From assembly GCA_019347875.1 (NCBI GenBank), contig JAHWKN010000002.1:1-62654 (forward strand): a stretch of 62,654 bases of DNA, read 5' to 3'. Of this stretch, positions 36,982 through 46,583 are shown in pieces; the first letter of the stretch is position 1; every line of letters begins with the position of its first letter. A model generated the notes under the pieces. The model was not told the origin of the DNA. It saw nothing but the letters and a program-made list of their open reading frames with translations, and did not search any database. This DNA is from Candidatus Parcubacteria bacterium. GTDB taxonomy: Bacteria; Patescibacteriota; Saccharimonadia; UBA4664; JAHWKN01. Position numbers and translations under genes: made by a program.

Positions 36982-38952
36982 TTGGCGGTGAGTAAGCCTA
37001 AGTCGCTGTTTGGCTACGCCGCTGACGGTGCCTTGATGCCTCAGCGCCGAGGCCCGGCTTTGAAGCGCCGCTTGCAGCAACATGAGCAGTGGGCTGAAGC
37101 CGTTTTGCCGGCCGACGCCACCGCCAGCACTCTGGAGAGCGACACCAACCGCCGCCCGCTGGTCGGCTTGGTACTGGTAGCGCTGGCCGCTTTCTTGATC
37201 CTGACCGGCCGGCTGTTTATGCTGCAGGTCGTACACGGAGAGCGCAACATGGGGCTGGCGGACGGCAACCGTATCCGGCAAAAAGTCACCCGGGCGCCCC
37301 GAGGGATACTGTACGACCGCAGCGGCAAAGTCTTGGTCCGTAACGAGGCCAGTTTCGATGTGACGGTGGTGGCCGCCCAGCTGTCGAAAACGCCGGCCGA
37401 CCGTCAGGCCGTTTACCGGCGGCTGGGCGGGCTGATTGGCTTACCCGCGGCTGAGGTTGCCGCCAAAGCCGAGGCGGAGGGTCTAAGCCACGCCCAGCCC
37501 CAGCTGGTGGCGAGCGGTATAGAACGCGAGCGGGCCCTGGCGCTCGATCCGGCTTTGCATGAGCTGCCGGGGTTTTATCTCGATACCAACCCGGTGCGGC
37601 GCTACAGCGACCCGCGGTTGTCGCACCTGTTGGGCTATACCGGGCGGGTGACGGCGGAGGAGCTGAAGGAACACAGCGGCTACTCGCCGGTTGACTACAT
37701 CGGCAAGGTGGGGCTGGAGAAGCGGTACGAGCCGGTTTTGCGCGGCAGTAACGGCAGTGAGCAGACCGAGGTTGATGCGACCGGCCGGCCGGTCAAGGTG
37801 CTGGCCGCCCGCCCCGCTCAGCCCGGAGCCAGCCTGGTGCTGGCGATCGACCAGGATTTGGAGACCAAGCTAAGTGAGGCTATCGGCAAACAAATGGAGC
37901 GGGCCGGGTCGAAGAAAGCCGCCGGGGTGGCGCTTGACCCGAAGAGCGGCGAGGTGCTGGCGGCGGTTAGTTTGCCGGGCTATGACAACAACTTGTTTAG
38001 CGGGGGAATATCTCAGGCCGACTACGCCAAGCTGGCCAACAACCCTGCCCAGCCGCTGTTTAACAAAAGCGTTAGCGGGGCTTATCCAACCGGCTCTATC
38101 ATTAAGCCGCTGGTAGCCGCGGCCGCGCTGGCCGAAGGCGTCGTCACCGCCGCTACCACCATTAACGACACCGGGCAGCTGGAACTGACGAACCGGTACG
38201 ACACCAAGGTCAAGTACATCTTTCGCAACCATGAATCGGCGGCCGGCGGAACGATTAGTTTAAAGCGGGCGCTGGCAATTAGCTCCAACGTGTTTTTCTA
38301 TACCCTTGGCGGCGGGTTCGGTCAGATTGCCGGTTTAGGGGCCGACAGGCTGGGTGATTACTACCACCGCTTCGGCTTAGGCCAGCCCACCGGTATCGAC
38401 CTGGCGGGCGAGGCCAAGGGTCACGTCCCCAGCCCCGATTGGAAGCAGAAGGTCAAAAAGGAGACCTGGTTTACCGGCGACACCTACAACATGGCGGTCG
38501 GCCAGGGGGATACGCTGGCTTCACCGTTGCAGATGGCCGTAGCCACGGCGGCGGTGGCCAACGGAGGCACGGTTTACCGGCCCCGGCTGGTCAGAAGTGT
38601 GACCGATGACGAGGGCAAGGTGACTAAACAGATTGAGCCGCAGGCGCTGCGGCAAAACATCATCCCTCCGGCCCACCTGGCGACGGTCCGTGAGGCCATG
38701 CGTCAGGTGGTGGCCAGTCCGGGCGGCACGGCTTGCTGCCGGATTGAAGAGGAGGTGCCGGTAGCGGTGGCGGGCAAGACCGGAACGGCCCAGGCCGGCG
38801 ACGACAAAAAGCCTCACGCCTGGTTTAGCGCTTTTGCCCCTTACGACGACCCCAAAATCGTCCTAGTGGTATTGGTGGAGAACTCCGGGGAGGGCGCCGA
38901 GTTTGCCGCCCCGGCGGTCCGCGAGACCCTCTCCTGGTACTTCCGCCGCTGA
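36982..38952 (+). CDS. mrdA: Penicillin-binding protein 2 (class B transpeptidase)
   Basis: Active-site TGSIIKP (SxxK), SSN and KTGTA motifs. Confidence 0.92.
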   Translation: MAVSKPKSLFGYAADGALMPQRRGPALKRRLQQHEQWAEAVLPADATASTLESDTNRRPLVGLVLVALAAFLILTGRLFMLQVVHGERNMGLADGNRIRQKVTRAPRGILYDRSGKVLVRNEASFDVTVVAAQLSKTPADRQAVYRRLGGLIGLPAAEVAAKAEAEGLSHAQPQLVASGIERERALALDPALHELPGFYLDTNPVRRYSDPRLSHLLGYTGRVTAEELKEHSGYSPVDYIGKVGLEKRYEPVLRGSNGSEQTEVDATGRPVKVLAARPAQPGASLVLAIDQDLETKLSEAIGKQMERAGSKKAAGVALDPKSGEVLAAVSLPGYDNNLFSGGISQADYAKLANNPAQPLFNKSVSGAYPTGSIIKPLVAAAALAEGVVTAATTINDTGQLELTNRYDTKVKYIFRNHESAAGGTISLKRALAISSNVFFYTLGGGFGQIAGLGADRLGDYYHRFGLGQPTGIDLAGEAKGHVPSPDWKQKVKKETWFTGDTYNMAVGQGDTLASPLQMAVATAAVANGGTVYRPRLVRSVTDDEGKVTKQIEPQALRQNIIPPAHLATVREAMRQVVASPGGTACCRIEEEVPVAVAGKTGTAQAGDDKKPHAWFSAFAPYDDPKIVLVVLVENSGEGAEFAAPAVRETLSWYFRR

Positions 38953-39110
38953 GCAAGCTTGAGGGGATTGGCCGGCTGTAAGAACTTTATAGCCGAAGTT
39001 GACAATAGTAACTATTGACACTTTTTGACTCATCGGCGAAAATTTGATTTGCGTTACTGTCCGGTACGGCGCCTCAAGATTGAGGCGCGAAGGTGAAAAG
39101 GGTGTACGGT

Positions 39111-39138
39111 TCTCGGATAATGGCCGAGATCTTTTTTT
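39111..39138 (+). terminator. Intrinsic terminator
   Basis: TCTCGG-ATAATGG-CCGAGA followed by TCTTTTTTT. Confidence 0.6.
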
Positions 39139-39192
39139 CGCCCAGGCTTTTTCAGGTTATAATGGTAATGCCTAAAGGAGTAGTTTTTTAGC

Positions 39193-39663
39193 ATGCAAAC
39201 AGGCAAAAGAGAGTTTTACTTAACGTCCGAAGGGGTTACTAAGCTCAAAGAGGAGCTCAACGATCTGGTCCGCAACCAGCGCGTCAAGATCGCCGAAAGG
39301 CTAAGAGAGGCCAAGGAGTACGGCGACTTGAGCGAGAACATCCAGTGGGACGACGCCAAAGACCGCCAAGCCTTTATCGAGGGGCGCATCGCCGAGATTG
39401 AGACGATTTTAAAGCACTCCAGTGTGATCGAAATGCCTAAAGGCACCAAGGTGGTCAGCTTGGGCTCGACCGTCCACCTGGAGCTGGAAGATGGCGTACA
39501 GCGCTACACCATCGTGGGTTCGACGGAGGCCAACCCTGAGGAGGGTAAGATCTCCAACGAGTCGCCGATCGGGCGGGCTCTGCTGGGCAAGAAGCCGGGC
39601 GAACAGGTTGAGGTGAGGGTGCCTTCCGGGACGATGACCTATAGGGTTACCAAGATCGAGTAG
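39193..39663 (+). CDS. greA: Transcription elongation factor GreA
   Basis: LREAKEYGDLSENIQWDDAK, plus the C-terminal FKBP-like domain. Confidence 0.93.
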   Translation: MQTGKREFYLTSEGVTKLKEELNDLVRNQRVKIAERLREAKEYGDLSENIQWDDAKDRQAFIEGRIAEIETILKHSSVIEMPKGTKVVSLGSTVHLELEDGVQRYTIVGSTEANPEEGKISNESPIGRALLGKKPGEQVEVRVPSGTMTYRVTKIE

Positions 39664-39780
39664 CGGCCGGCTCGTTGAACCCATAAAAGCGGCAAGCCCC
39701 AAACAGCTGAACAAGAAAGTTGTTCAAGCGTAAGCATTTTGCGGTATCCGCTGAAGCCGCCGTTTGGTACAATCGTAGTT

Positions 39781-41316
39781 ATGACTGAAACCCAAGCAAA
39801 CAAATACTGGCTAGATGCGGTAGTCGCGGACATACTTCAGCGTTATCCGGAAGGCGAGTTAGTCGTTTCCAGCGGTGTAGCGCCTTCGGCTAGCTACCAC
39901 ATCGGGCATTTTCGCGAAGTGCTGACGGTTGACGCCCTCGCCTGGGGACTGCGGCAGGCCGGCCGCCGGGTCCGCCACCTCCACGTCGTCGACAACATGG
40001 ATCCACTGCGCAAGCGTTACTCTTTCTTGCCGGAACGGTTTGAGGCGCAGGTCGGCCGGCCGATCTGCCTGGTACCGGATCCGTTTGGCTGTCATGACAG
40101 TTATGCTGCGCACTTTTTTAGCGAGTTTCAAACCCAAGCCAGCCGGATGGGGGTCGAGATGGAGGTGGTGCTAAGCTATGAAGACCAGTACCGCACCGGA
40201 AAAATGGCGCCGATGATCGAGCGGGTACTGGAGCGGTCTGAAAAGGTACGAAACATCCTGACGGAGGTGGCCGGCCGGGAGTTGCCGGCGGACTGGACAC
40301 CACTGCAGGTAATGACGGAAGGTGATGTGCTTCGTAACGGGTCGATTAAAACTTGGGATAAAGAGCGTCAAACCATCGAGGGCGTTAGCTACACCGCCGG
40401 CCGGGTCAAACTGAACTGGCGGCTGGACTGGCCGGCCCGCTGGGCGCTGCACGGCGTTCAGGTCGAACCGTTTGGCCGCGAGCTGGCTACCAAGGGCGGT
40501 TCCTACGACACGGGGGTGCGGTTCGCCCGCCAGGTGTTTGAGGTTGAGCCGCCCTATCCGCTGCCGTACGACACCATTAACCTGGTCGGTGAGACCAAGA
40601 AGATGAGCAGTTCACTGGGTAACTTAGTGACTCCCAAGCAGGCGCTGGAAATTATGCCGCCGGAAATTCTGCGTTATTTTGTGCTACGCTCATTACCCCG
40701 GCGGACCATATTTTTCGACCCGGGGCTTGGTCTTTACCACCTGATCGATGAGTACTCGAAGATAGAAGAAGCGGTCGAATCGGGCCGGAAGCATGAATTT
40801 GAGCAGGCTTACCGGGTAGCCAGTGCTGTTTCAGCTGAGCGAGTTATTTCGAGTGTGCCATTTAGCCATCTGGTGGCGGTTTATCAGGCGGCCCGGGGCA
40901 GCTTTGAACGCTTGCTGGAGATTCTGCAGCGCACCGGCTATGAGCAGGCCGCCAAGGAGGAGTGGGAGGTACTGCGGCGCGAGGCGGCTTACGTCCAAAA
41001 CTGGCTAGACAAGTACGCACCCGACAGCGTCAAGTTTGCGGTGCAGCCGGCTGCGCCCGAAGCCGACCTGACCGACAAACAAAAGCGCTTCCTAGCTTTG
41101 CTAGCCGAGCGGATCGAAGCCTCTGCCGCTACCGACGGCCAGCAGATGCATGACCTTGTTTACGCAGCCAAAGAGCAGGCCGACCTGCCAACCGGTGAGG
41201 CCTTCAAAGCCATTTACCGGGTTATCTTAGCGAAAGACTCTGGTCCCAAAGCCGGCTGGTTTCTGGCCTCGCTGGAGCGGCAGTGGCTGGTTCGGAGGCT
41301 CAGGCTGCAGTCCTAA
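39781..41316 (+). CDS. lysS: Lysyl-tRNA synthetase, class I
   Basis: HIGH (SYHIGHFRE) and KMSSS (KMSKS variant). Start trimmed to ATG 39781. Confidence 0.9.
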   Translation: MTETQANKYWLDAVVADILQRYPEGELVVSSGVAPSASYHIGHFREVLTVDALAWGLRQAGRRVRHLHVVDNMDPLRKRYSFLPERFEAQVGRPICLVPDPFGCHDSYAAHFFSEFQTQASRMGVEMEVVLSYEDQYRTGKMAPMIERVLERSEKVRNILTEVAGRELPADWTPLQVMTEGDVLRNGSIKTWDKERQTIEGVSYTAGRVKLNWRLDWPARWALHGVQVEPFGRELATKGGSYDTGVRFARQVFEVEPPYPLPYDTINLVGETKKMSSSLGNLVTPKQALEIMPPEILRYFVLRSLPRRTIFFDPGLGLYHLIDEYSKIEEAVESGRKHEFEQAYRVASAVSAERVISSVPFSHLVAVYQAARGSFERLLEILQRTGYEQAAKEEWEVLRREAAYVQNWLDKYAPDSVKFAVQPAAPEADLTDKQKRFLALLAERIEASAATDGQQMHDLVYAAKEQADLPTGEAFKAIYRVILAKDSGPKAGWFLASLERQWLVRRLRLQS

Positions 41317-41382
41317 ATAGACCGTCGATGCTTATGCTAGCTAGATTTATTTATTGCCCGTTTAGGCCTATACTGGAGCCAA

Positions 41383-42612
41383 ATGATCGACATCAAACAA
41401 CTGCGGGAGAACCCCAAGGCCTACCAAGACTCCGCCAACCAGCGCGGAGTTAACGTTAACATAGATAAACTGCTGGAGCTTGATCGGGAGCGCGTGGAAT
41501 TGATCGGACGGGTTGAAAAACTGCGGTCTGAGTTGAACGTCAGCGGCAAGCCGAATCCGGAGCAGCTGACAAAGTTGCAGGAAACCAAGGGCGCGCTAGA
41601 AAGGCTGCAGCTGCAGCTGACGAACACAGAAGCCGCCTACTTAGATCTGTTGCTTCAGGTCCCCAATCTGATAGCTGAAGGCACGCCGGAGGGCGGGGAA
41701 GAGGCTAATCGTACCGATAAAACTTGGGGTGAGAGGAGGAAGCCGCAGTTCGCCGTTGTTGATCATCTGACTTTATCGCAAGCCAATGATTGGCTTGATT
41801 TTGAGCGCGGCGCCAAGGTGGCGGGAAGCAAGTTTTTATTTTTAAAAGGAGCCGCCGTTAAGCTGGAACGGGCCGTCATGCACCTGGCGATGGACGTTAC
41901 CGAGCAGGACTCCTTTACCCTGATGGGGGTACCCCACTTGACGACGGAACGGATGGTGGCGGGGACGGGATACTTGCCTCGGGGCGAGGAGCGGCAAATA
42001 TACAAGATTGAAGGGGAAGACCTAAACCTGATCGCGACGTCTGAAATTCCCATCACCGGTTATCACGCGGATGAGATTATTGATCCTGCCGATTTGCCGC
42101 TGCGCTACGCCGGTATCAGTCCCTCGTATCGGGTGGAGGGCGGAGCTTACGGCAGGTACTCCAAAGGCTACTACCGGGTACATCAGTTCAACAAGCTGGA
42201 GATGTACGTTTTTTGCCGGCCCGATGAGAGTGAAGCCTGGCATCGCCAGCTGCTTGATCTGGAGGAGCAAATATGCCGGAAGTTAGAGATCCCCTACCGG
42301 CTGGTGCGGATCGCGGCGGGCGACTTGGGGGCCCCGGCTTACAAAAAGTTTGATGTGGAGTACTGGAGCCCGGTCGAGGAAAAGTATCGTGAGCTGATGA
42401 GCTGTTCAAACTGCACCGATTACCAGTCTCGCCGGCTCAACATCAGGATCCGTACGCCGGAGGGAAGAACCGAGTTTGTCCATACCTTGAACGGCACAGC
42501 TATCGGGTTTAGCCGCGTCTTTATCGCTTTACTGGAAAATCATCAAACCGCCGACGGTAAGGTTAAGGTACCGGAGGCGTTGCAACCTTATTATGGAGGG
42601 AGTGAGCTATGA
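41383..42612 (+). CDS. serS: Seryl-tRNA synthetase
   Basis: N-terminal coiled-coil arm, class II core, TLNGTA near the C-terminus. Confidence 0.93.
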   Translation: MIDIKQLRENPKAYQDSANQRGVNVNIDKLLELDRERVELIGRVEKLRSELNVSGKPNPEQLTKLQETKGALERLQLQLTNTEAAYLDLLLQVPNLIAEGTPEGGEEANRTDKTWGERRKPQFAVVDHLTLSQANDWLDFERGAKVAGSKFLFLKGAAVKLERAVMHLAMDVTEQDSFTLMGVPHLTTERMVAGTGYLPRGEERQIYKIEGEDLNLIATSEIPITGYHADEIIDPADLPLRYAGISPSYRVEGGAYGRYSKGYYRVHQFNKLEMYVFCRPDESEAWHRQLLDLEEQICRKLEIPYRLVRIAAGDLGAPAYKKFDVEYWSPVEEKYRELMSCSNCTDYQSRRLNIRIRTPEGRTEFVHTLNGTAIGFSRVFIALLENHQTADGKVKVPEALQPYYGGSEL

Positions 42613-42980
42613 TCCAGCTCAAGGTTAGCGGCAACAACTACGATCTAAGCGACAAGATCGTGGACTACGTCAACAGAAAAATCGGCGGGCTGGAGAAGTA
42701 CCTTCCCCGCGGCGCCCGGGACGGGGTGCGCGGCAGCGTCACCTTGGTGATCGACGAATCGGGCCGGGAAGACAACCAGTGTATTTGCGAGGCCATCATT
42801 CAGGTTCCCGGCGCCACACTGCAGTCCAAGGAGGCTACCCGGAACATGTACGCGGCCGTTGACATCGTTGAGGCTAAGCTAAAAGCCCAGATTCACAAGT
42901 ACAAAGACAAGCACTCGCCCCGGCAAAACCGGGCCAAGGTGTTTGTGTCGAAGCTGCTGCGGCGGAGTGCGGAGGAGTAG
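42609..42980 (+). CDS. hpf: Ribosome hibernation factor (HPF/RaiA, short form)
   Basis: ATGA overlap with serS. S30AE pattern ...YVNRKIGGLEKYL...MYAAVDIVEAKLKAQIHKYKDK. Confidence 0.85.
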   Translation: MIQLKVSGNNYDLSDKIVDYVNRKIGGLEKYLPRGARDGVRGSVTLVIDESGREDNQCICEAIIQVPGATLQSKEATRNMYAAVDIVEAKLKAQIHKYKDKHSPRQNRAKVFVSKLLRRSAEE

Positions 42981-43091
42981 GGGGTTTTGGGTCCTGTCGC
43001 CTACGGTGTCCCACCGTCCTCGTCCCGGCCAGCCGGGACTGCGGGCGGCGGGAGCCCTCCTGCGGCGCCACCCAAATGCTTAGGGGGTTAG

Positions 43092-43244
43092 TACGGGGAA
43101 GAGGTTGATGGTTGCGGGCCGTGCGCGCTGGTGGAGGTGCATCCGAATCCTGCCGAGGCCAAAAGTGACGCGGGGCAGCAGCTCACCTGGCCGCAGTTTA
43201 ACGCGCTGATGCAGGGGCTGAAAGCTGGCGGTCACAAGGTTTAG
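43092..43244 (+). pseudogene. C-terminal relic of a DAHP/KDO8P-synthase-type (type I-beta) gene
   Basis: 50-codon open frame ...VDGCGPCALVEVHPNPAEAKSDAGQQLTWPQFNALMQGLKAGGHKV*, compared with the family C-terminus ADGLM.EVHP.P..ALSD..QQL....F..L. An in-frame stop lies at 43089 and there is no start or SD. Confidence 0.45.
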
Positions 43245-43271
43245 TTCATCTAGTCAGCTCGCTCATCCAGG

Positions 43272-43305
43272 CGGGAGCTCCAGTGGCTCCCGGTCTACGT
43301 TTTTA
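43272..43305 (+). terminator. Hairpin plus T-run
   Basis: CGGGAGC-TCCAGTG-GCTCCCG, then GTCTACGTTTTT. Confidence 0.55.
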
Positions 43306-43431
43306 GCCGCCTGTATCGTGGTAAAATGGTAAAAGGTTTAGGTAGCATTAACTTAGGTTCTCTCTGCGCTCAGCCATGACAGCAACAGCCGTTGAGGCAG
43401 AACGAGCTTTATTAGTTTGAAGTTATAACGC

Positions 43432-46086
43432 ATGAAACTGTTAACCAAAATCTTAGGTGACCCCAACGCCCGCGAGGTGAAGCGGTTGGAGCCGTCCATC
43501 AGGCAGATCAATGGTCTGGAGCCGGAGTTCGAGAAGCTGTCCGACGGCGAACTTCTCGCCAAGACCGGCGAGTTTAAGGCGCGGCTGGAGAAGGGCGAGG
43601 CGCTGGACAAGCTGCTGCCGGAGGCGTTTGCGGTGGTCCGGGAGACGGCCCGGCGGGTGCTGGGGATGCGGCATTTCGACGTGCAGCTGGTCGGCGGCAT
43701 GATCATGCATCAGGGCAAGATTGCGGAGATGCGTACCGGTGAGGGCAAGACGCTGGTGGCCACCCTGCCGCTGTACCTGAACGCGCTGACCGGCCGGGGT
43801 GTTCATCTGGTGACGGTCAACGACTATCTGGCCCGCATCGGTGTGGGCTGGATGGGGCCGGTTTATCATGCCTTAGGCCTGTCAACGGGGGTGATCGTTC
43901 ACGATACCGCCATGCTGTACGACCCGGACTATACCGACGATACCCACGGGGATGAGCGCCTGCGCCATCTTAGACCGGTGCCGCGGCGCGAGGCCTACGC
44001 GGCCGACATCATCTACGGCACCAACAACGAGTACGGCTTCGACTACTTGCGCGACAACATGGTTGACGACGTGCACAAGATGGTGCAGCGTCCGCTCAAC
44101 TACGCCATCGTCGACGAGGTGGACTCGATTTTGATCGACGAGGCCCGCACACCCTTAATTATTTCCGCTCCGGCCGAGGAGAGTACCGACAAGTACCACC
44201 ATTTCGCCAAGCTGGCCAGACGCTTGACACCCGGTACCGATTACACCGTTGACGAAAAGCTAAAAGCGGTCAGTTTGACCGACGAGGGTATCGCGGCTCT
44301 GGAGCAGGCGCTGGGGGTAGACAACATTTACGAGTCGCACGGCATCGAGGACGTGCACCACATCGAGCAGTCGCTTAAAGCCGAGGCTCTGTTTAAGCGC
44401 GACCGCGATTACGTGGTACGCGAGGGCGAGGTGATCATCGTCGATGAGTTTACCGGGCGCCTAATGCCGGGCCGCCGCTACAGCGAGGGGCTGCACCAGG
44501 CGATCGAGGCCAAGGAGGGGGTTGAGGTGCGCCAGGAGTCGCTGACGCTTGCCACCATCACGTTCCAAAACTACTTCCGGCTGTACCGCAAGCTGGCCGG
44601 CATGACCGGCACCGCCGCCACCGAGAGCGAGGAGTTCGGCAAAATTTACAACCTGGATGTGACGGAGATTCCCACCCACCAGCCAATGATCCGCCAGGAC
44701 CGGCCGGACAAAATTTACAAAACGGAGCTGGGTAAGTTCAGAGCGGTGGCCCGCGAGGTGAAGGAGTGCCACGACCGGGGTCAGCCGGTGCTACTGGGAA
44801 CCGTTTCAATTCAAAAGAACGAGCTGCTGAGCGAGGTGCTCAGCTCCATGAAGGTGCCGCACCAGGTTCTAAACGCCAAAAACAACGAGGCCGAGGCCGG
44901 CATTGTGGCGGCGGCCGGACGCAAAGGGGCGGTAACGCTGGCCACCAACATCGCCGGTCGCGGTACCGACATTGTGCTTGAGGAGGGGGTGGCCGAACTG
45001 GGCGGGTTGCATGTGGCCGGTACCGAGCGGCACGAGTCGCGCCGGATCGACAACCAGCTGCGCGGGCGCAGCGGCCGCCAGGGGGACCCCGGCTCCAGCC
45101 AGTTCTACGTTTCACTAGAGGATGACCTGATGCGCATATTCGGCAGCGAGCGCATCGCCGGGCTGATGACCACACTGGGGCTCGATGAGGACACCCCAAT
45201 CGAAAACCCGATTGTGTCAAAGTCGCTGGAGAGCGCCCAAAAGAAGGTGGAGGGGCACAACTTTGACATCCGCAAGCAGCTGGTGGAGTACGACGACGTG
45301 ATGAACAAACACCGCACCGCCGTTTACTCGCGACGGCGTAAGGCGCTGGAGAACCAGAATTTGCGGCCCGAGATACTGGAGATGACTCAAAGGGAGATCC
45401 AGGCTATCATCAAGGCCCACACCGACACCCGCACCGGCGTGGTGGAGCTGGATAAAATCATCGAAGCGGCCGGGGGTGTTATGCCGCTTGATGAGGCAAC
45501 TTTGCGGCGGCTGCAGGAGGCGCACACAGCCGACATTGCCGACCTGCTATCCGCCCGGGCGGAGGCCGTTTACGACGAGCGGGTGGCTCAGTTCGGCGAG
45601 GACGGGATGCGCTTGATTGAGCGGCTAACCTACTTGCGGGTGCTTGATAACCTTTGGATCGAGCATCTGGATGCCATGGATAACCTGCGCAGCGGCATCG
45701 GGCTGCGGGCCATCGGTCAGCGCGACCCGCTGGTGGAGTACAAGAGCGAAGGCTTCCGCATGTTTAAGAACTTGATCGCGGTACTAGAGGCCGAGATAGC
45801 GTCGACCATCTTTAAGATGTCGATTAGCCGGGTAGAGGAGGCTCCGGTGGAGACCGCCCTCACCAGGGCGGCCGAGAAGGCGGCCTTAAGCGCCCCGGGG
45901 CAGGAGCCGGCCCAGCAGCGGCCGGTGCGCCGCCGCCAGCCGGTAGCGGTCGGTGCGGCGGCCGGCCAGACGGCCGGCGGCGGCTCCGCTACCGACGGTT
46001 CTTTGCCTCACACCCGCAAAGTCGGCCGCAACGACCCTTGCCCCTGCGGCAGCGGCAAAAAGTACAAGCGCTGCCATGGCGCCTGA
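43432..46086 (+). CDS. secA: Preprotein translocase ATPase SecA
   Basis: Walker [27 protein letters not shown], and the C-terminal Zn motif [14 protein letters not shown]. Confidence 0.97.
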   Translation: MKLLTKILGDPNAREVKRLEPSIRQINGLEPEFEKLSDGELLAKTGEFKARLEKGEALDKLLPEAFAVVRETARRVLGMRHFDVQLVGGMIMHQGKIAEMRTGEGKTLVATLPLYLNALTGRGVHLVTVNDYLARIGVGWMGPVYHALGLSTGVIVHDTAMLYDPDYTDDTHGDERLRHLRPVPRREAYAADIIYGTNNEYGFDYLRDNMVDDVHKMVQRPLNYAIVDEVDSILIDEARTPLIISAPAEESTDKYHHFAKLARRLTPGTDYTVDEKLKAVSLTDEGIAALEQALGVDNIYESHGIEDVHHIEQSLKAEALFKRDRDYVVREGEVIIVDEFTGRLMPGRRYSEGLHQAIEAKEGVEVRQESLTLATITFQNYFRLYRKLAGMTGTAATESEEFGKIYNLDVTEIPTHQPMIRQDRPDKIYKTELGKFRAVAREVKECHDRGQPVLLGTVSIQKNELLSEVLSSMKVPHQVLNAKNNEAEAGIVAAAGRKGAVTLATNIAGRGTDIVLEEGVAELGGLHVAGTERHESRRIDNQLRGRSGRQGDPGSSQFYVSLEDDLMRIFGSERIAGLMTTLGLDEDTPIENPIVSKSLESAQKKVEGHNFDIRKQLVEYDDVMNKHRTAVYSRRRKALENQNLRPEILEMTQREIQAIIKAHTDTRTGVVELDKIIEAAGGVMPLDEATLRRLQEAHTADIADLLSARAEAVYDERVAQFGEDGMRLIERLTYLRVLDNLWIEHLDAMDNLRSGIGLRAIGQRDPLVEYKSEGFRMFKNLIAVLEAEIASTIFKMSISRVEEAPVETALTRAAEKAALSAPGQEPAQQRPVRRRQPVAVGAAAGQTAGGGSATDGSLPHTRKVGRNDPCPCGSGKKYKRCHGA

Positions 46087-46159
46087 TCAGCATGACCGCT
46101 CGGCCAAAGTCGGCGTCGGCGCGCTGATCTTTAAGGACGGCAAGGCAGAGTTACTTTGA
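46076..46159 (+). pseudogene. Possible N-terminal stub of a Nudix hydrolase (weak)
   Basis: The 27-codon frame ...SAKVGVGALIFKDGKAELL* resembles the first strand of Nudix proteins, but no Nudix box follows. Confidence 0.2.
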
Positions 46160-46196
46160 CGCCGAGTGAGGCGGCGTCCAGCCTAGCAGAGGGCAA

Positions 46197-46583
46197 GTGA
46201 TACGGGCGCTACTGTATCGGGGCGGGCGGCTGCTGCGCCGATACGCTTTTTACGCGGCTTTGCCGCTGAGCTGGCTGGTGCTGTTTACGCCCCCCGGTAG
46301 CGGACCGCTGCCGTTTGCGCAGGCCGATAAGCTAATCCACGCCGGGCTGTTCGCCCTTTTGGCGGCGACCGCTGGCTGGCGCTGGCGGCGGCGGCGTATA
46401 ATAGCGGCAGGATTGCTGCTTTACGCTCTGACCAGTGAAGTGATTCAAGGCGGCTGGATCGCCGGCCGGCAGTTTGATCTGATCGATCTGCTAGCCGACA
46501 GCATCGGTCTGGCGGCGGCATTGGCGGCCGGCGGCGCCCGGAGTAGCCTGAAACGTAACCGTGAAAGTAAAAATCATCTGTGA
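46197..46583 (+). CDS. VanZ-like membrane protein
   Basis: DKLIHAGLFALLA and DLIDLLADSIG motifs, four TM segments. Confidence 0.75.
   Translation: MIRALLYRGGRLLRRYAFYAALPLSWLVLFTPPGSGPLPFAQADKLIHAGLFALLAATAGWRWRRRRIIAAGLLLYALTSEVIQGGWIAGRQFDLIDLLADSIGLAAALAAGGARSSLKRNRESKNHL

Noticed and set aside
43376-43420. 14-codon uORF (MTATAVEAERALLV) in the secA leader as a SecM-like arrest peptide
   Set aside because: It has no SD and no recognisable arrest motif, and a short ORF of this size is expected by chance. The leader itself (about 100 nt after TGgTAAAAT at 43318-43327) may still be regulatory.
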